Shown here in pieces: positions 18,647 to 28,031 of a DNA stretch of 64,000 nucleotides. The DNA is from Thermotogaceae bacterium. Its GTDB lineage: Bacteria; Thermotogota; Thermotogae; MWEM01. The translations under genes and the position numbers were made by a program. The DNA lies in contig JASUTC010000001.1 of assembly GCA_030445775.1 (NCBI GenBank), positions 96,469 through 160,468 on the forward strand, read 5' to 3'. The stretch's first letter is position 1. Each line of letters opens with the position of its first letter. The notes under the pieces are model-generated. The model saw only the letters and a program-made list of their open reading frames with translations, had not been told where the DNA came from and made no database searches.

Positions 18647-19740
18647 TTTTTTACCTTTTTAACCTTCCCTTTAAAAACACATCTTCCTTCGTCATCAACC
18701 CACGCATCGTAAACTTGCTCAACCCAATCTCCTTCATTAATAATGCCAAAACTGTCAAAATATTCAATATCGGAATGGGAATATTGAAAGGTATGTTCTT
18801 TTTCTTTCTCGCGAATGCCCATTGCATGCAAACTATTCAAGAAACTTGAAATTGATGATAAAGCCGCTTCTTTATCTTCGTGATTTTCTGCAAACTTCAT
18901 TTGTTGAATGGAAGGCGTCAATTTTTTACTCTGTTGAAGTGATATCCATGGAGTTTTATCATCCACTTGCTCTGTACCTTCTGTTGCAATCTTCTCGGGT
19001 AAAAACGCTATCATTTGTTGACTAAAAGCATGTATTTCGTACAATAATATAGCCAACTGCCCTTCCAATACCTGTTTTGTTTCTTCAGCATCTATCACTT
19101 TCCTTGGTTTAAAAAGGTGAAGAGTCCAAAAAGTCAAAACCGTAAGGATAGCCAACCAAATCCACTGTATAAATGAAATCTTCGGTTTAAGTATAAGCTT
19201 ATTTTTAAGTCCGGTAAAAACCGCTCCTATTGTAATAACAGCCAAACCCGCAACGGAAGCCCACTTAATCATTTTTGTGATGAAAGGATGACGAATAGCC
19301 TTTGAAAATAAATAAACAAAAAGAGCTGCTCCAAAAGGCATGCCTATTATCGGGGCGTATAAAGCGTCTTTAAAAAATGTTCCCAAACCATAATAAAAGA
19401 TGATTCCAAAAAGAACCGCTCCAATAAATGCTGGAATTAAAAGTCTTTCATAGGCGGTAAATTCAACTTTCATTTTTAAAATATAAAATGGGGGTAACCC
19501 TTGGATTTTTCTATTGATTTGTGTAGTCAACGCGTACCTTACACGTTCTTTAGTCTCTTCATCAGAATCTTTCATCTCGCTATCAATTATTTCGGGAATA
19601 AGTTTGTTATTGATCACTTTTTGTGTCTTTACCGATACAACAGAAGATAGATCATTCAAATGTTTGTAATCAATATCTGACAGAATGGAATCTTGACATT
19701 TTTTTATAAGTTGATGATCGACTTTGTCTTCAACCAACAT
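18643..19740 (-). CDS. 4-TM membrane protein with a cytoplasmic C-terminal domain, possibly GrpE-like (weak, by eye)
   Basis: SD AGAGGTG lies 6 nt before ATG 19740. Four hydrophobic helices sit in the middle. The last ~57 aa (GIREKEKEHTFQYSHSD...EGDWVEQVYDAW..GRCVFKGKVKKV) have the same length and spacing as the GrpE C-terminal beta domain. Confidence 0.5.
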   Translation of the reverse strand: MLVEDKVDHQLIKKCQDSILSDIDYKHLNDLSSVVSVKTQKVINNKLIPEIIDSEMKDSDEETKERVRYALTTQINRKIQGLPPFYILKMKVEFTAYERLLIPAFIGAVLFGIIFYYGLGTFFKDALYAPIIGMPFGAALFVYLFSKAIRHPFITKMIKWASVAGLAVITIGAVFTGLKNKLILKPKISFIQWIWLAILTVLTFWTLHLFKPRKVIDAEETKQVLEGQLAILLYEIHAFSQQMIAFLPEKIATEGTEQVDDKTPWISLQQSKKLTPSIQQMKFAENHEDKEAALSSISSFLNSLHAMGIREKEKEHTFQYSHSDIEYFDSFGIINEGDWVEQVYDAWVDDEGRCVFKGKVKKVKK

Positions 19741-21439
19741 GAATAACACCTCTTTGGGGTTTAAGCCAATAAAAACCATAGGGTGTGAGTCTTAAGGTTT
19801 CACCAAGGTCATGTCCTGTGAGTAAATCCCTATAATGACCTTTCCCATCTATTTGAGAAAGATTAACAACTTGTGATTCCTCTGAAAGATTCACGATAAC
19901 CAATACTGCTTCATCTTCATAACTTCTCTTAATAATAAACAACCTGTGGTTTTCAATTATACACTTTTGTTCACCTTTGTAGGAAAGGGATTTTTGAGAA
20001 GTTCTAACTTCTAACATCTTTTTAAGATTGTAAAAAATTTTATGACGTTTGGACATTTCGTCCGATAATGAATGGGATAGAGTTTTAATATCGATTTTTT
20101 CTCTGTTAATCGCCCGATTATGACCGTGTTGTTGAATACCTTCTTCCCAATTTTGTGAACCTAAAAGGCTGTGAATGTATATTCCCGGTATTCCCTTGAG
20201 AGAAATGGCTATGGCATAAGCCCCTAAAAACTTTTTGATATTGTAGTTCTCAGAATGAGAATCATCGGACAATGCGTCAAAATAATTTATATTCATTTCA
20301 TAGGGGATCTCTGTTCCATCGCTATTTTGTTTATACGATATTCTTCCGTGATTTTTAAGGCATTTTTGGACTAAGCTGTCAACTTCATCACGGTCAATTA
20401 AACCCTTCAAAGGCATCAACCCGATTCCATCATGAGAAGCTAAAAAATTAAAATAAGTCGCTTCTAATCCCGGGTCTTCAAGATTTGTTATCCAATGATT
20501 TAATACATCGGAAGATTGTTGCAAATAAGCGTGCAGTATTAACGGTGGCAGAGAAAAGTTATAAACCATATGTGCTTCATTTGTTCCTTCTCCAAAATAG
20601 CTGATGTTTTCAGAGTGTGGTACATTCGTTTCAGTAATCAATAATGCATTTTTATTTAAAGCATCCACAATGGACCGAAATAATCTAACAATTTCATGGG
20701 TTTGAGTCAGGTGGATACAGGATGTCCCCAATTCTTTCCAGAGATAACCAATGGCATCCAACCTGATTAAACTGGCTCCTTTTTCGATATAGAAAAGAAG
20801 TATATCGATAATCTTTAACAGAAGTTTTGGGTTTTTGTAATTTAAATCAATCTGATCAGAAGAAAATGTCGTCCATACCCTTTTTTTGCCGTTCTTGGTT
20901 TCAAAACTTGTTAATAAAGGAGTTGCCCTTGGTCTGGTAACTTGAGAAATGCCTTCTTCACTTTCTAATTCTATAAAAAAATCTTCGTAATCCGTTTTTG
21001 AATTTAAAAATCCTTGAAACCAATCGCTTTTTTGTGAGATGTGATTAATGACCGCATCAAACATCAAATGATAATATTTGGAAAGTTCTTCAACATCTTC
21101 CCAATTACCGTATTGCGGATCGATCTTTTTATAATCGATAACGGAAAAACCATCATCGGATGAATAGGGAAAAAAAGGCAAGATGTGAATGGTATTAAAT
21201 GCAGAACCGCAGTATTTTATGAGAAAATCCGTTAAAACACTCAGAGGAGAGGCTTCACCCCTGAGTGTATCGGCATAAGTAATCAATATTCCATTGATAT
21301 CTTCTAATTTTGTTTTATGACATTGTTTATGTTTTCCATTAAAGCAATCAATTTTTCTTTGAAGGGCATCAAATAAGTCATCAACATCGTTAGGATATAC
21401 TTTTTTAAGACTTTTATAGATGGCTTCATCCTTATTCAT
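19730..21439 (-). CDS. GH13_18 glycoside phosphorylase (sucrose-phosphorylase family; specificity unresolved)
   Basis: RLDAIGYLWKE (nucleophile Asp), ITETNVPH (acid/base Glu), FLASHDGIG and FSLPPLILHA. The start is trimmed to an ATG preceded by GGTGA. Confidence 0.85.
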   Translation of the reverse strand: MNKDEAIYKSLKKVYPNDVDDLFDALQRKIDCFNGKHKQCHKTKLEDINGILITYADTLRGEASPLSVLTDFLIKYCGSAFNTIHILPFFPYSSDDGFSVIDYKKIDPQYGNWEDVEELSKYYHLMFDAVINHISQKSDWFQGFLNSKTDYEDFFIELESEEGISQVTRPRATPLLTSFETKNGKKRVWTTFSSDQIDLNYKNPKLLLKIIDILLFYIEKGASLIRLDAIGYLWKELGTSCIHLTQTHEIVRLFRSIVDALNKNALLITETNVPHSENISYFGEGTNEAHMVYNFSLPPLILHAYLQQSSDVLNHWITNLEDPGLEATYFNFLASHDGIGLMPLKGLIDRDEVDSLVQKCLKNHGRISYKQNSDGTEIPYEMNINYFDALSDDSHSENYNIKKFLGAYAIAISLKGIPGIYIHSLLGSQNWEEGIQQHGHNRAINREKIDIKTLSHSLSDEMSKRHKIFYNLKKMLEVRTSQKSLSYKGEQKCIIENHRLFIIKRSYEDEAVLVIVNLSEESQVVNLSQIDGKGHYRDLLTGHDLGETLRLTPYGFYWLKPQRGVIHVG

Positions 21440-21488
21440 TTTCATCACCAACGAGATTATAACAGAAATCTCTCGGTGTGAACAGATA

Positions 21489-22796
21489 TTAATAATGCAA
21501 ATGGATCCAATCACTCAATGATACAATTACCTCTTCATCAACAAACCCTGGTTTGTTGTATTCATCGGTCCAATGAAAAACCCCTTCCTCAGTTTTTATA
21601 AATAAATGATTAAGAGTTGGGAACGAAATGAATGTAAAGTTATCATTTTGACCATATTTTTCTTTGAAGGGCAAGTAATCACCTTCCATTGTTACCTGAA
21701 AATCTTCCTCACCTTGTAAGATTAATACCGGTTCATCATAGTTTTCCAAATCTTCCAGAGGACTATATTCATCCAACTCATAATAGTATTTAGCTGTTAT
21801 CCCCGATTGAATTGGATAATCCTCAGGAAGCTCATGGTTTAGAATCAAACTGAAGAATGATTCAACCTGCTCCATTTGTTTATCTGAAATTCCTAAATAG
21901 TCCTTTGCATAACGATTCTGATCGAGACTAATCTCAGCTAATCTTCTTATGCCCGGTGCCAGCAAGATTATTCCGTTTACCCCCTCTGAAGTGGTAGCAA
22001 TTTTTGGCACTACTGTTCCTCCAAGGCTGTGTCCTGCCAAGATGATATTGTCTACCTTTTCAAGGTTTGAAGCATATGCGATGGCTGAGAAAATATCTTC
22101 AACATACTCAAAATCAACCATATTTTCAATTTCATTCACTATACCACTCATTTTTTGACCATGCTGTGCGGTTCTTTTATTGTATCTTAAAACCGCTATA
22201 CCCGAGGATGCTAAACCTTCCGCAATATCTTTATAAGGAGTGTTTGGGCCTACGGTACCATCCATATCTGTTGGTCCTGATCCTCCAACAATAATCACAA
22301 TGGGATAACTCTCTTTGTTCACAGGTAACGTCAATACACCATCCAATTCCCAACCGTCATTTCCAAATTGTACGGGTTGTTCATCAAAAGCGCTTTTATC
22401 AACATAAGACAGCTTTTTTCTGGGATCAGGAGCGGGGGCTGCATAAAACCCTGCGATCTGTAAATCTTGATCCACGGTTACAGTGAATTTAAGATATCCT
22501 TTGGTTGTCTTCATGAGTCTGATGTATATTTTGTATTGGTCTTGTTCCATAATATCGGTGTTATAAGTTGTTTCAGGTTTTCCATACTGATTAACAATCA
22601 TATTGGCAGATTGTTCCATTGCCTGAACACCGAAAGCAGTTGTTAACTGCTCATTTTGAAGTTCCACTGCTCTTTGATAATTTCCGTTTAAAAAGGCGTT
22701 GAGATATTCTTCAAAAACAATTGAATGCACATCATTCGCAAAACTAAAAGTGGTGGCTATACAAAAAACCAAACCGATGATCAACTTAATTTTCAT
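21489..22796 (-). CDS. secreted alpha/beta-hydrolase (serine hydrolase) with an N-terminal accessory domain
   Basis: Signal MKIKLIIGLVFCIATTFSFA. Nucleophile elbow GHSLGG. About 435 aa. Confidence 0.7.
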   Translation of the reverse strand: MKIKLIIGLVFCIATTFSFANDVHSIVFEEYLNAFLNGNYQRAVELQNEQLTTAFGVQAMEQSANMIVNQYGKPETTYNTDIMEQDQYKIYIRLMKTTKGYLKFTVTVDQDLQIAGFYAAPAPDPRKKLSYVDKSAFDEQPVQFGNDGWELDGVLTLPVNKESYPIVIIVGGSGPTDMDGTVGPNTPYKDIAEGLASSGIAVLRYNKRTAQHGQKMSGIVNEIENMVDFEYVEDIFSAIAYASNLEKVDNIILAGHSLGGTVVPKIATTSEGVNGIILLAPGIRRLAEISLDQNRYAKDYLGISDKQMEQVESFFSLILNHELPEDYPIQSGITAKYYYELDEYSPLEDLENYDEPVLILQGEEDFQVTMEGDYLPFKEKYGQNDNFTFISFPTLNHLFIKTEEGVFHWTDEYNKPGFVDEEVIVSLSDWIHLHY

Positions 22797-22940
22797 CCTA
22801 TCACCCTCCTATTGTTTAGCGTATTATAACAGATAGTACAGAAATAGTCAAACAAAAGTTTTTCAAACCGTGACAAAAATGGGGAAATCACATTCAAATA
22901 TGATAAAATGTATCTTGAGTATTGTTGAAGGAGTCGTGAT

Positions 22941-24125
22941 TTGAAAACACTTAACAGGTATGTTTGGAAGAACGCAATATCCCCATTTTTTTTGGGTTTT
23001 TTTGGATTTATTATATTCGTCAGTGTAAATCTGCTTTACTTTCTTTCATTAAATATTATTGATTATGGTATTCCACCATGGAGATTATTTCAACTCCTGT
23101 ATTTCTTCTTACCTGAACTAAGTGCTGAAGCAATTCCTGTGGGAGTTTTATTATCAATTTTTTGGATACTTTCTCAAATGTCCACGAAGAATGAGCTGAT
23201 GGCATTACAGGTTAACGGTGTATCCTTTAAATCCGTGGTGATTCCCTTTTTGATATTTGGTCTTTTGTTGAGTTTTTTCACTTTTTTCTTGAATGATTAT
23301 CTTATTCCAGAATTTAACACCCAAAAAGAAAAAGAACTCTCGGATTTTATGTCAGAAAATATCGGTTATTCAACCATATCCAACAAATTCCTTCCCATTA
23401 CCGGTAACAAGTATTTTTACGTTAAACAACCCATTGACAATGAAACGCTTGATGATGTCATTGTATACGAAATCGAACAGTCAGCGCTTAAAACAATATT
23501 TGCAGATGAACTTCGAAAAGAAGTTAATACTGACAGCTGGATAATGGTGGATGGACAAGTCGTTAATTTGGATGATGAAAGGGGATTAACATTAAATGTT
23601 GATTTTGATGTAACAGAGTTCGAGGAGCTGTCTGAGGAATTAAGTGACTCTCTAAAAGATGCCATGAGTATCTTCTCCGAAGTCAATATATACGGTCAGC
23701 AAGATAACAATGAGCAAAGACTCTATAAGTATTCAACTTCTTCACTACTGTTCAACATGCTGAGCGAGTCTGATGAAAAAGAGAGAGCGTTTTTAGAACT
23801 AAATTCCCGTTTTGCTAAATCTTTGAGTCCCTTCATCATCGCTTTACTTGGGACTTCTATTTGTCTCGTCTCGAATATTAAAAGTAAATCCTGGAGTATT
23901 GTGATCAGTTTTCTTTTAATCGGCACTTTTAAATCCGGAGAGATCTTTATGCAAAGTGTGGCATTACACAATGTTGCTTCCCATTCAAACACACGGTATC
24001 AGTTAAATCCGTCTTTGGCAGTGTGGGCACCCGATTTGATTTTCTTATTTTTAGGGCTTTTGTTGTTCATCCTGTTGGATTCCAAAATCATGTACTATAT
24101 TAAAGAAAGATTTGTTAGAAAATGA
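22941..24125 (+). CDS. LptF/LptG-family (YjgP/YjgQ) permease
   Basis: TTG start with SD GAAGGAG. N-terminal RY..K........GF, three TM helices, a large periplasmic insert, then three TM helices, as in YjgP/YjgQ. Confidence 0.75.
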   Translation: MKTLNRYVWKNAISPFFLGFFGFIIFVSVNLLYFLSLNIIDYGIPPWRLFQLLYFFLPELSAEAIPVGVLLSIFWILSQMSTKNELMALQVNGVSFKSVVIPFLIFGLLLSFFTFFLNDYLIPEFNTQKEKELSDFMSENIGYSTISNKFLPITGNKYFYVKQPIDNETLDDVIVYEIEQSALKTIFADELRKEVNTDSWIMVDGQVVNLDDERGLTLNVDFDVTEFEELSEELSDSLKDAMSIFSEVNIYGQQDNNEQRLYKYSTSSLLFNMLSESDEKERAFLELNSRFAKSLSPFIIALLGTSICLVSNIKSKSWSIVISFLLIGTFKSGEIFMQSVALHNVASHSNTRYQLNPSLAVWAPDLIFLFLGLLLFILLDSKIMYYIKERFVRK

Positions 24126-24143
24126 GAACGGAGGAAGAATCAG

Positions 24144-25274
24144 TTGAGTATCTTAAAAAGATACATCTTTAAATCTTCAATATTTCCTTTTATCCTCGGT
24201 TTTGGAGGTTTTTTACTTTATGCAAATGTCTTTATTTTAATAGAAGTGTCTTCTGAAATTATTCGGAATGATCTCTCGTTTTGGAAGATGTTTCCATTCA
24301 TTTTTTATCAAATACCAAGATATATCCCACAAGCCATACCGGTTGGCGTGTTGTTGTCCATCTTTTGGTTGCTGTCAAAATTAGAATCTAACAACGAAAT
24401 TATTGCTTTGCAGGTCCACGGTGTTAAGTTAAAGAGAATCGTTACACCCTTTTTGATCTTAGGTATTCTTCTCTCCATATTCACTTTCTTTCTTAAAGAA
24501 TACGTTGTTCCGCAAATTTACAGAAACAGACAAGCAGAAATATACCTTTCTTCCGGGATCGATAAATTCCAACTCCTTCAAGATAATCGGTATCTGTTTA
24601 TGAAAAGGGTATATGCCAATAGAAAAGAATTGAGTGGTGTATTTATATACGATATAGATTCAGAATCAAACAGTATGAATATCTTTTACGCGGATGAAAT
24701 AACATTTGATAATAAAAATGCTCATTGGGATCTATCCAACATGAAAGTATACAGTACTTTAGAAGATTCAAGAATGGTACAACAGCCAATTACTGAAAAG
24801 CAAAAGCAAATGATAATGAATGACATCGATTATTATTTCCTTTTAACCAAGAAAAATATGTATAACATGACTTCTCAAGAATTACTCTACATCATCCAAG
24901 AGAATAAAAGAAGAGGTGTCAGCAATCGAGAAAGTTTTACATTTGAAGTGGAATTGCATTCACGTTATGCACAGTCCTTGGGTCCCCTTGTGATTGCCAT
25001 ATTGGGTGTCCCTCTTTCTCTGGCACTAAATATCAAAAGCAAGGCTTGGAGTGTTATCTTCACCTTTTTACTCATTGCCCTCTATCAAGGATCAACACAG
25101 TGGATGGCTGCCATGGGACGTGCCGATCGCTGGAGCCCGTGGCATATCAACCCCATTTTGGCTACATGGGGGCCAGACCTCTTGTTTGTGATCATCGGTA
25201 CTTTTTTCTATTTGTTACTTGATACGCAAGTATTATACGTTTTTAAAGAATGGATCTCAAAGTATTCGGGATAA
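24144..25274 (+). CDS. LptF/LptG-family (YjgP/YjgQ) permease, second paralog
   Basis: TTG start with SD GGAGGA. MSILKRYIFKS... and the same topology as the upstream paralog. Confidence 0.75.
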   Translation: MSILKRYIFKSSIFPFILGFGGFLLYANVFILIEVSSEIIRNDLSFWKMFPFIFYQIPRYIPQAIPVGVLLSIFWLLSKLESNNEIIALQVHGVKLKRIVTPFLILGILLSIFTFFLKEYVVPQIYRNRQAEIYLSSGIDKFQLLQDNRYLFMKRVYANRKELSGVFIYDIDSESNSMNIFYADEITFDNKNAHWDLSNMKVYSTLEDSRMVQQPITEKQKQMIMNDIDYYFLLTKKNMYNMTSQELLYIIQENKRRGVSNRESFTFEVELHSRYAQSLGPLVIAILGVPLSLALNIKSKAWSVIFTFLLIALYQGSTQWMAAMGRADRWSPWHINPILATWGPDLLFVIIGTFFYLLLDTQVLYVFKEWISKYSG

Positions 25275-25310
25275 ATCCCTTTGCAGAACTGCTTTTTGAC
25301 TTTGTTTAAT

Positions 25311-27311
25311 TTAACGATTCAACAAGTTGAAAAATTCTTGCTCATTGATGATTTTCACATTCAACTGCTTTGCCTTGTCCAATTTTGATCCCGGATTTTT
25401 ACCACAAAGCAAATAATCGGTCTTCCTGGATACGGCACTTGTTGTTTTTCCACCCTGCGATTCAATTTTCTTTTTGATCTCTGATCGGGTTAATGATTGC
25501 AGTTCTCCTGTGATCACAAACTTCAAACCCTTAAGGTTTGTTCCTGTTAGTTCTTCTTTTTCTTCTGAACGTCCAACATCTGCCTCTTTGAGTTTTTTGA
25601 TGATTGTTTTGATTCGCTCATTTGAAAAAAAACGGACGATTCCTCTGGCCATTTCCTCTCCAATTCCCTCTATAACTGTCAAATCATCCATATTTGCATT
25701 GACAATTTTATCTAAAGACCTAAACGCATTTGCAATTTCTTTTGCCGTTTTTTTCCCCACGTTTGGGATCCCCAAACCGGCTAAAAGATGATGTAATTCT
25801 TTTTGTTTACTTTTCTCAATTTCTCCCATTAAATTTTTCGCTGATTTCTGACCCATTCTTTCCAAAGAAATCAATTGTTCTTCACTGATATAATAAATAT
25901 CAGCGATATCTTCAACCATTTCCCTCTCAACCAGTTGATCTATGAGTTTTTCCCCTAAACCTTCAATATTCATAGCCTCTCTGGAAGAAAAAGTTTGTAA
26001 AGCCCGTTTCACTTTCGCCGGACAAACGGGGTTCAAACACCTGATAGCAACTTCATCACTCTTGGCCTTTCCAACTTCACCACCGCATACGGGACATTCT
26101 TCCGGAGGCTCAATCGCTTTTTCAGAACCTGTTCGTTTCTCTTTAATCACACGAACGACCTGTGGAATAATCTCCCCCGCCTTTTCTATGATTACCTTAT
26201 CCTTAATCTTGATATCCTTCTCCCTAATATTGTCAATGTTGTGAAGATTGGCATTTTTTACAGTGGTTCCAGCAAGAATGACAGGTGTGAGATGTGCTAC
26301 GGGTGTAATCACCCCGGTTCTTCCTACGCTCCAAGTAAGAGATTCAAGGGTTGTTTCTTTTTGCTCAGCGGGAAATTTGAAAGCAATAGCCCATCTTGGG
26401 CTATGAGCTGTACTGCCCAATTCTTTCTGTAGATCAAGTTCATCTACTTTCACTACCAATCCATCTATGTCGAAATTTAACTCATGGCGTTTTTCAGTCC
26501 AAGTAAGCCAATAGTCAATCACATCATCAATCGACTCCAGACTTTTATAATGGTTTTCTATTGTAAAGCCCAAAGCTTGAAGTCGTTCAAGCATCTGAGT
26601 CTGTGATTTTATGCCATATTTTTCGGGTTCAACAACAGAATAGGTAAATGAACCGATCCCCCGTTTCCTCACCTCTATCGTATTCAGTTGCCGAAAAGTT
26701 CCCGCCGTTGCATTTCTTGGATTGGCAAAAATCTCCAAGCCATTTTCTTCTCTAACTTTATTCACATGGGCAAAAACATCCTCCGGCATATACACTTCTC
26801 CCCGAACCTCGATATCGATCTCTTGGCTTAACTCCTTTGGTAAGCCTTTAGTCTGTCTTAAATGCTCGGTAATGTCTTCTCCAATGACACCATTTCCCCT
26901 TGAGATACCTCTATCAAGTTTTCCATTGAGGTATCTGGCGGCAAAAGACACCCCGTCAATTTTAAGTTCAACGCAGTAATGAAACGGCTGATCAATATTT
27001 TTTTTAATCCTCTCTGAAAATGCATAGATATCCTCTTCATTATACGTATTGTCAAGAGATAACATGGGTTGTGAGTGTTCTACTCGTTTAAACTCTCTTA
27101 AGACTTTTGCGCCTACTTTTTGAGTCGGAGAGTCCTTTGAAAGAAATTGCGGGTATTCTTGTTCCAGCTTTTCCAATTCTTTATAAAGCTGATCGTATTC
27201 TTGATCACTAATCTTTGGAGAAGCCAAGACATAATAATTATAATCGTGTTTTTCAATTACTTTTCTTAGATAATCTATCCGTTCCTTGACCTTTTTTTCC
27301 CCTTGTGTCAT
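25311..27311 (-). CDS. ligA: NAD-dependent DNA ligase
   Basis: 666 aa with the KIDG adenylation motif (ELKIDGVS), a Zn finger CPVCGG...C..C, HhH repeats and a C-terminal BRCT domain. Confidence 0.95.
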   Translation of the reverse strand: MTQGEKKVKERIDYLRKVIEKHDYNYYVLASPKISDQEYDQLYKELEKLEQEYPQFLSKDSPTQKVGAKVLREFKRVEHSQPMLSLDNTYNEEDIYAFSERIKKNIDQPFHYCVELKIDGVSFAARYLNGKLDRGISRGNGVIGEDITEHLRQTKGLPKELSQEIDIEVRGEVYMPEDVFAHVNKVREENGLEIFANPRNATAGTFRQLNTIEVRKRGIGSFTYSVVEPEKYGIKSQTQMLERLQALGFTIENHYKSLESIDDVIDYWLTWTEKRHELNFDIDGLVVKVDELDLQKELGSTAHSPRWAIAFKFPAEQKETTLESLTWSVGRTGVITPVAHLTPVILAGTTVKNANLHNIDNIREKDIKIKDKVIIEKAGEIIPQVVRVIKEKRTGSEKAIEPPEECPVCGGEVGKAKSDEVAIRCLNPVCPAKVKRALQTFSSREAMNIEGLGEKLIDQLVEREMVEDIADIYYISEEQLISLERMGQKSAKNLMGEIEKSKQKELHHLLAGLGIPNVGKKTAKEIANAFRSLDKIVNANMDDLTVIEGIGEEMARGIVRFFSNERIKTIIKKLKEADVGRSEEKEELTGTNLKGLKFVITGELQSLTRSEIKKKIESQGGKTTSAVSRKTDYLLCGKNPGSKLDKAKQLNVKIINEQEFFNLLNR

Positions 27312-27955
27312 AATTGCCCTTTCATTTGCATGATAGTTTTTGCGGGATCATTGGATTTGAAGATTGCGCTACCGGCAACAATAATATCTGCTCCCGCCTC
27401 GATAACCTTTTTCGCGTTATCAACATTTATTCCACCGTCAACAGCTATAGACATTGAAGGATTGATCCTATTCTTCAATTTAAAGAGCTCATGAATACGT
27501 CGGATGGAATTATCGATAAATTTTTGTCCTCCAAACCCCGGATTAACACTCATTACCAATACTCCGTCCAAATATTCCACCGTATCATTGAGTAAGTGAA
27601 TAGGTGTGTGTGGGTTCAAGGATACATAAGCTTTCAAGCCTAAGGATTGGATGTGATTAATCGTACGGTTTAAGTGATTACAGACTTCATAATGTACCGT
27701 TAAAAGATTAGCTCCGGCTTTTGCAAAATCATCAATATAATTATCCGGATTGGTTATCATCAAATGGACATCAAGGGGTATGGTAAATTTAGAATGGATG
27801 GCTTTCACAATTGGAAGACCAATACTAATATTGGGTACAAAATGACCATCCATCACATCGATATGCAACATGTCCGCATTTTCTAAAACCGTATTAATGC
27901 TTCTTTCAAGGTTAAGAAAATCAGCAGATAGTATGGATGGTGCAATTCTAATCAT
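27308..27955 (-). CDS. rpe: ribulose-phosphate 3-epimerase
   Basis: PSILSADF, HIDVMDGHFVPN and MSVNPGFGGQ motifs. 4-nt overlap with ligA. Confidence 0.93.
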   Translation of the reverse strand: MIRIAPSILSADFLNLERSINTVLENADMLHIDVMDGHFVPNISIGLPIVKAIHSKFTIPLDVHLMITNPDNYIDDFAKAGANLLTVHYEVCNHLNRTINHIQSLGLKAYVSLNPHTPIHLLNDTVEYLDGVLVMSVNPGFGGQKFIDNSIRRIHELFKLKNRINPSMSIAVDGGINVDNAKKVIEAGADIIVAGSAIFKSNDPAKTIMQMKGQL

Positions 27956-27967
27956 AATTCCTCCAAG

Positions 27968-28009
27968 TAAAAAATAATGAGGGGGCGTGCTTTGTCATTC
28001 ACGACCCCC
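27968..28009 (-). terminator. rho-independent terminator/attenuator after the ACP-like gene
   Basis: On the minus strand, GGGGGTCGTG-AATGACAAAG-CACGCCCCC (one bulge) is followed by TCATTATTTTTT. Confidence 0.6.
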
Positions 28010-28031
28010 GTACTGTATGCTAATTTACTGT

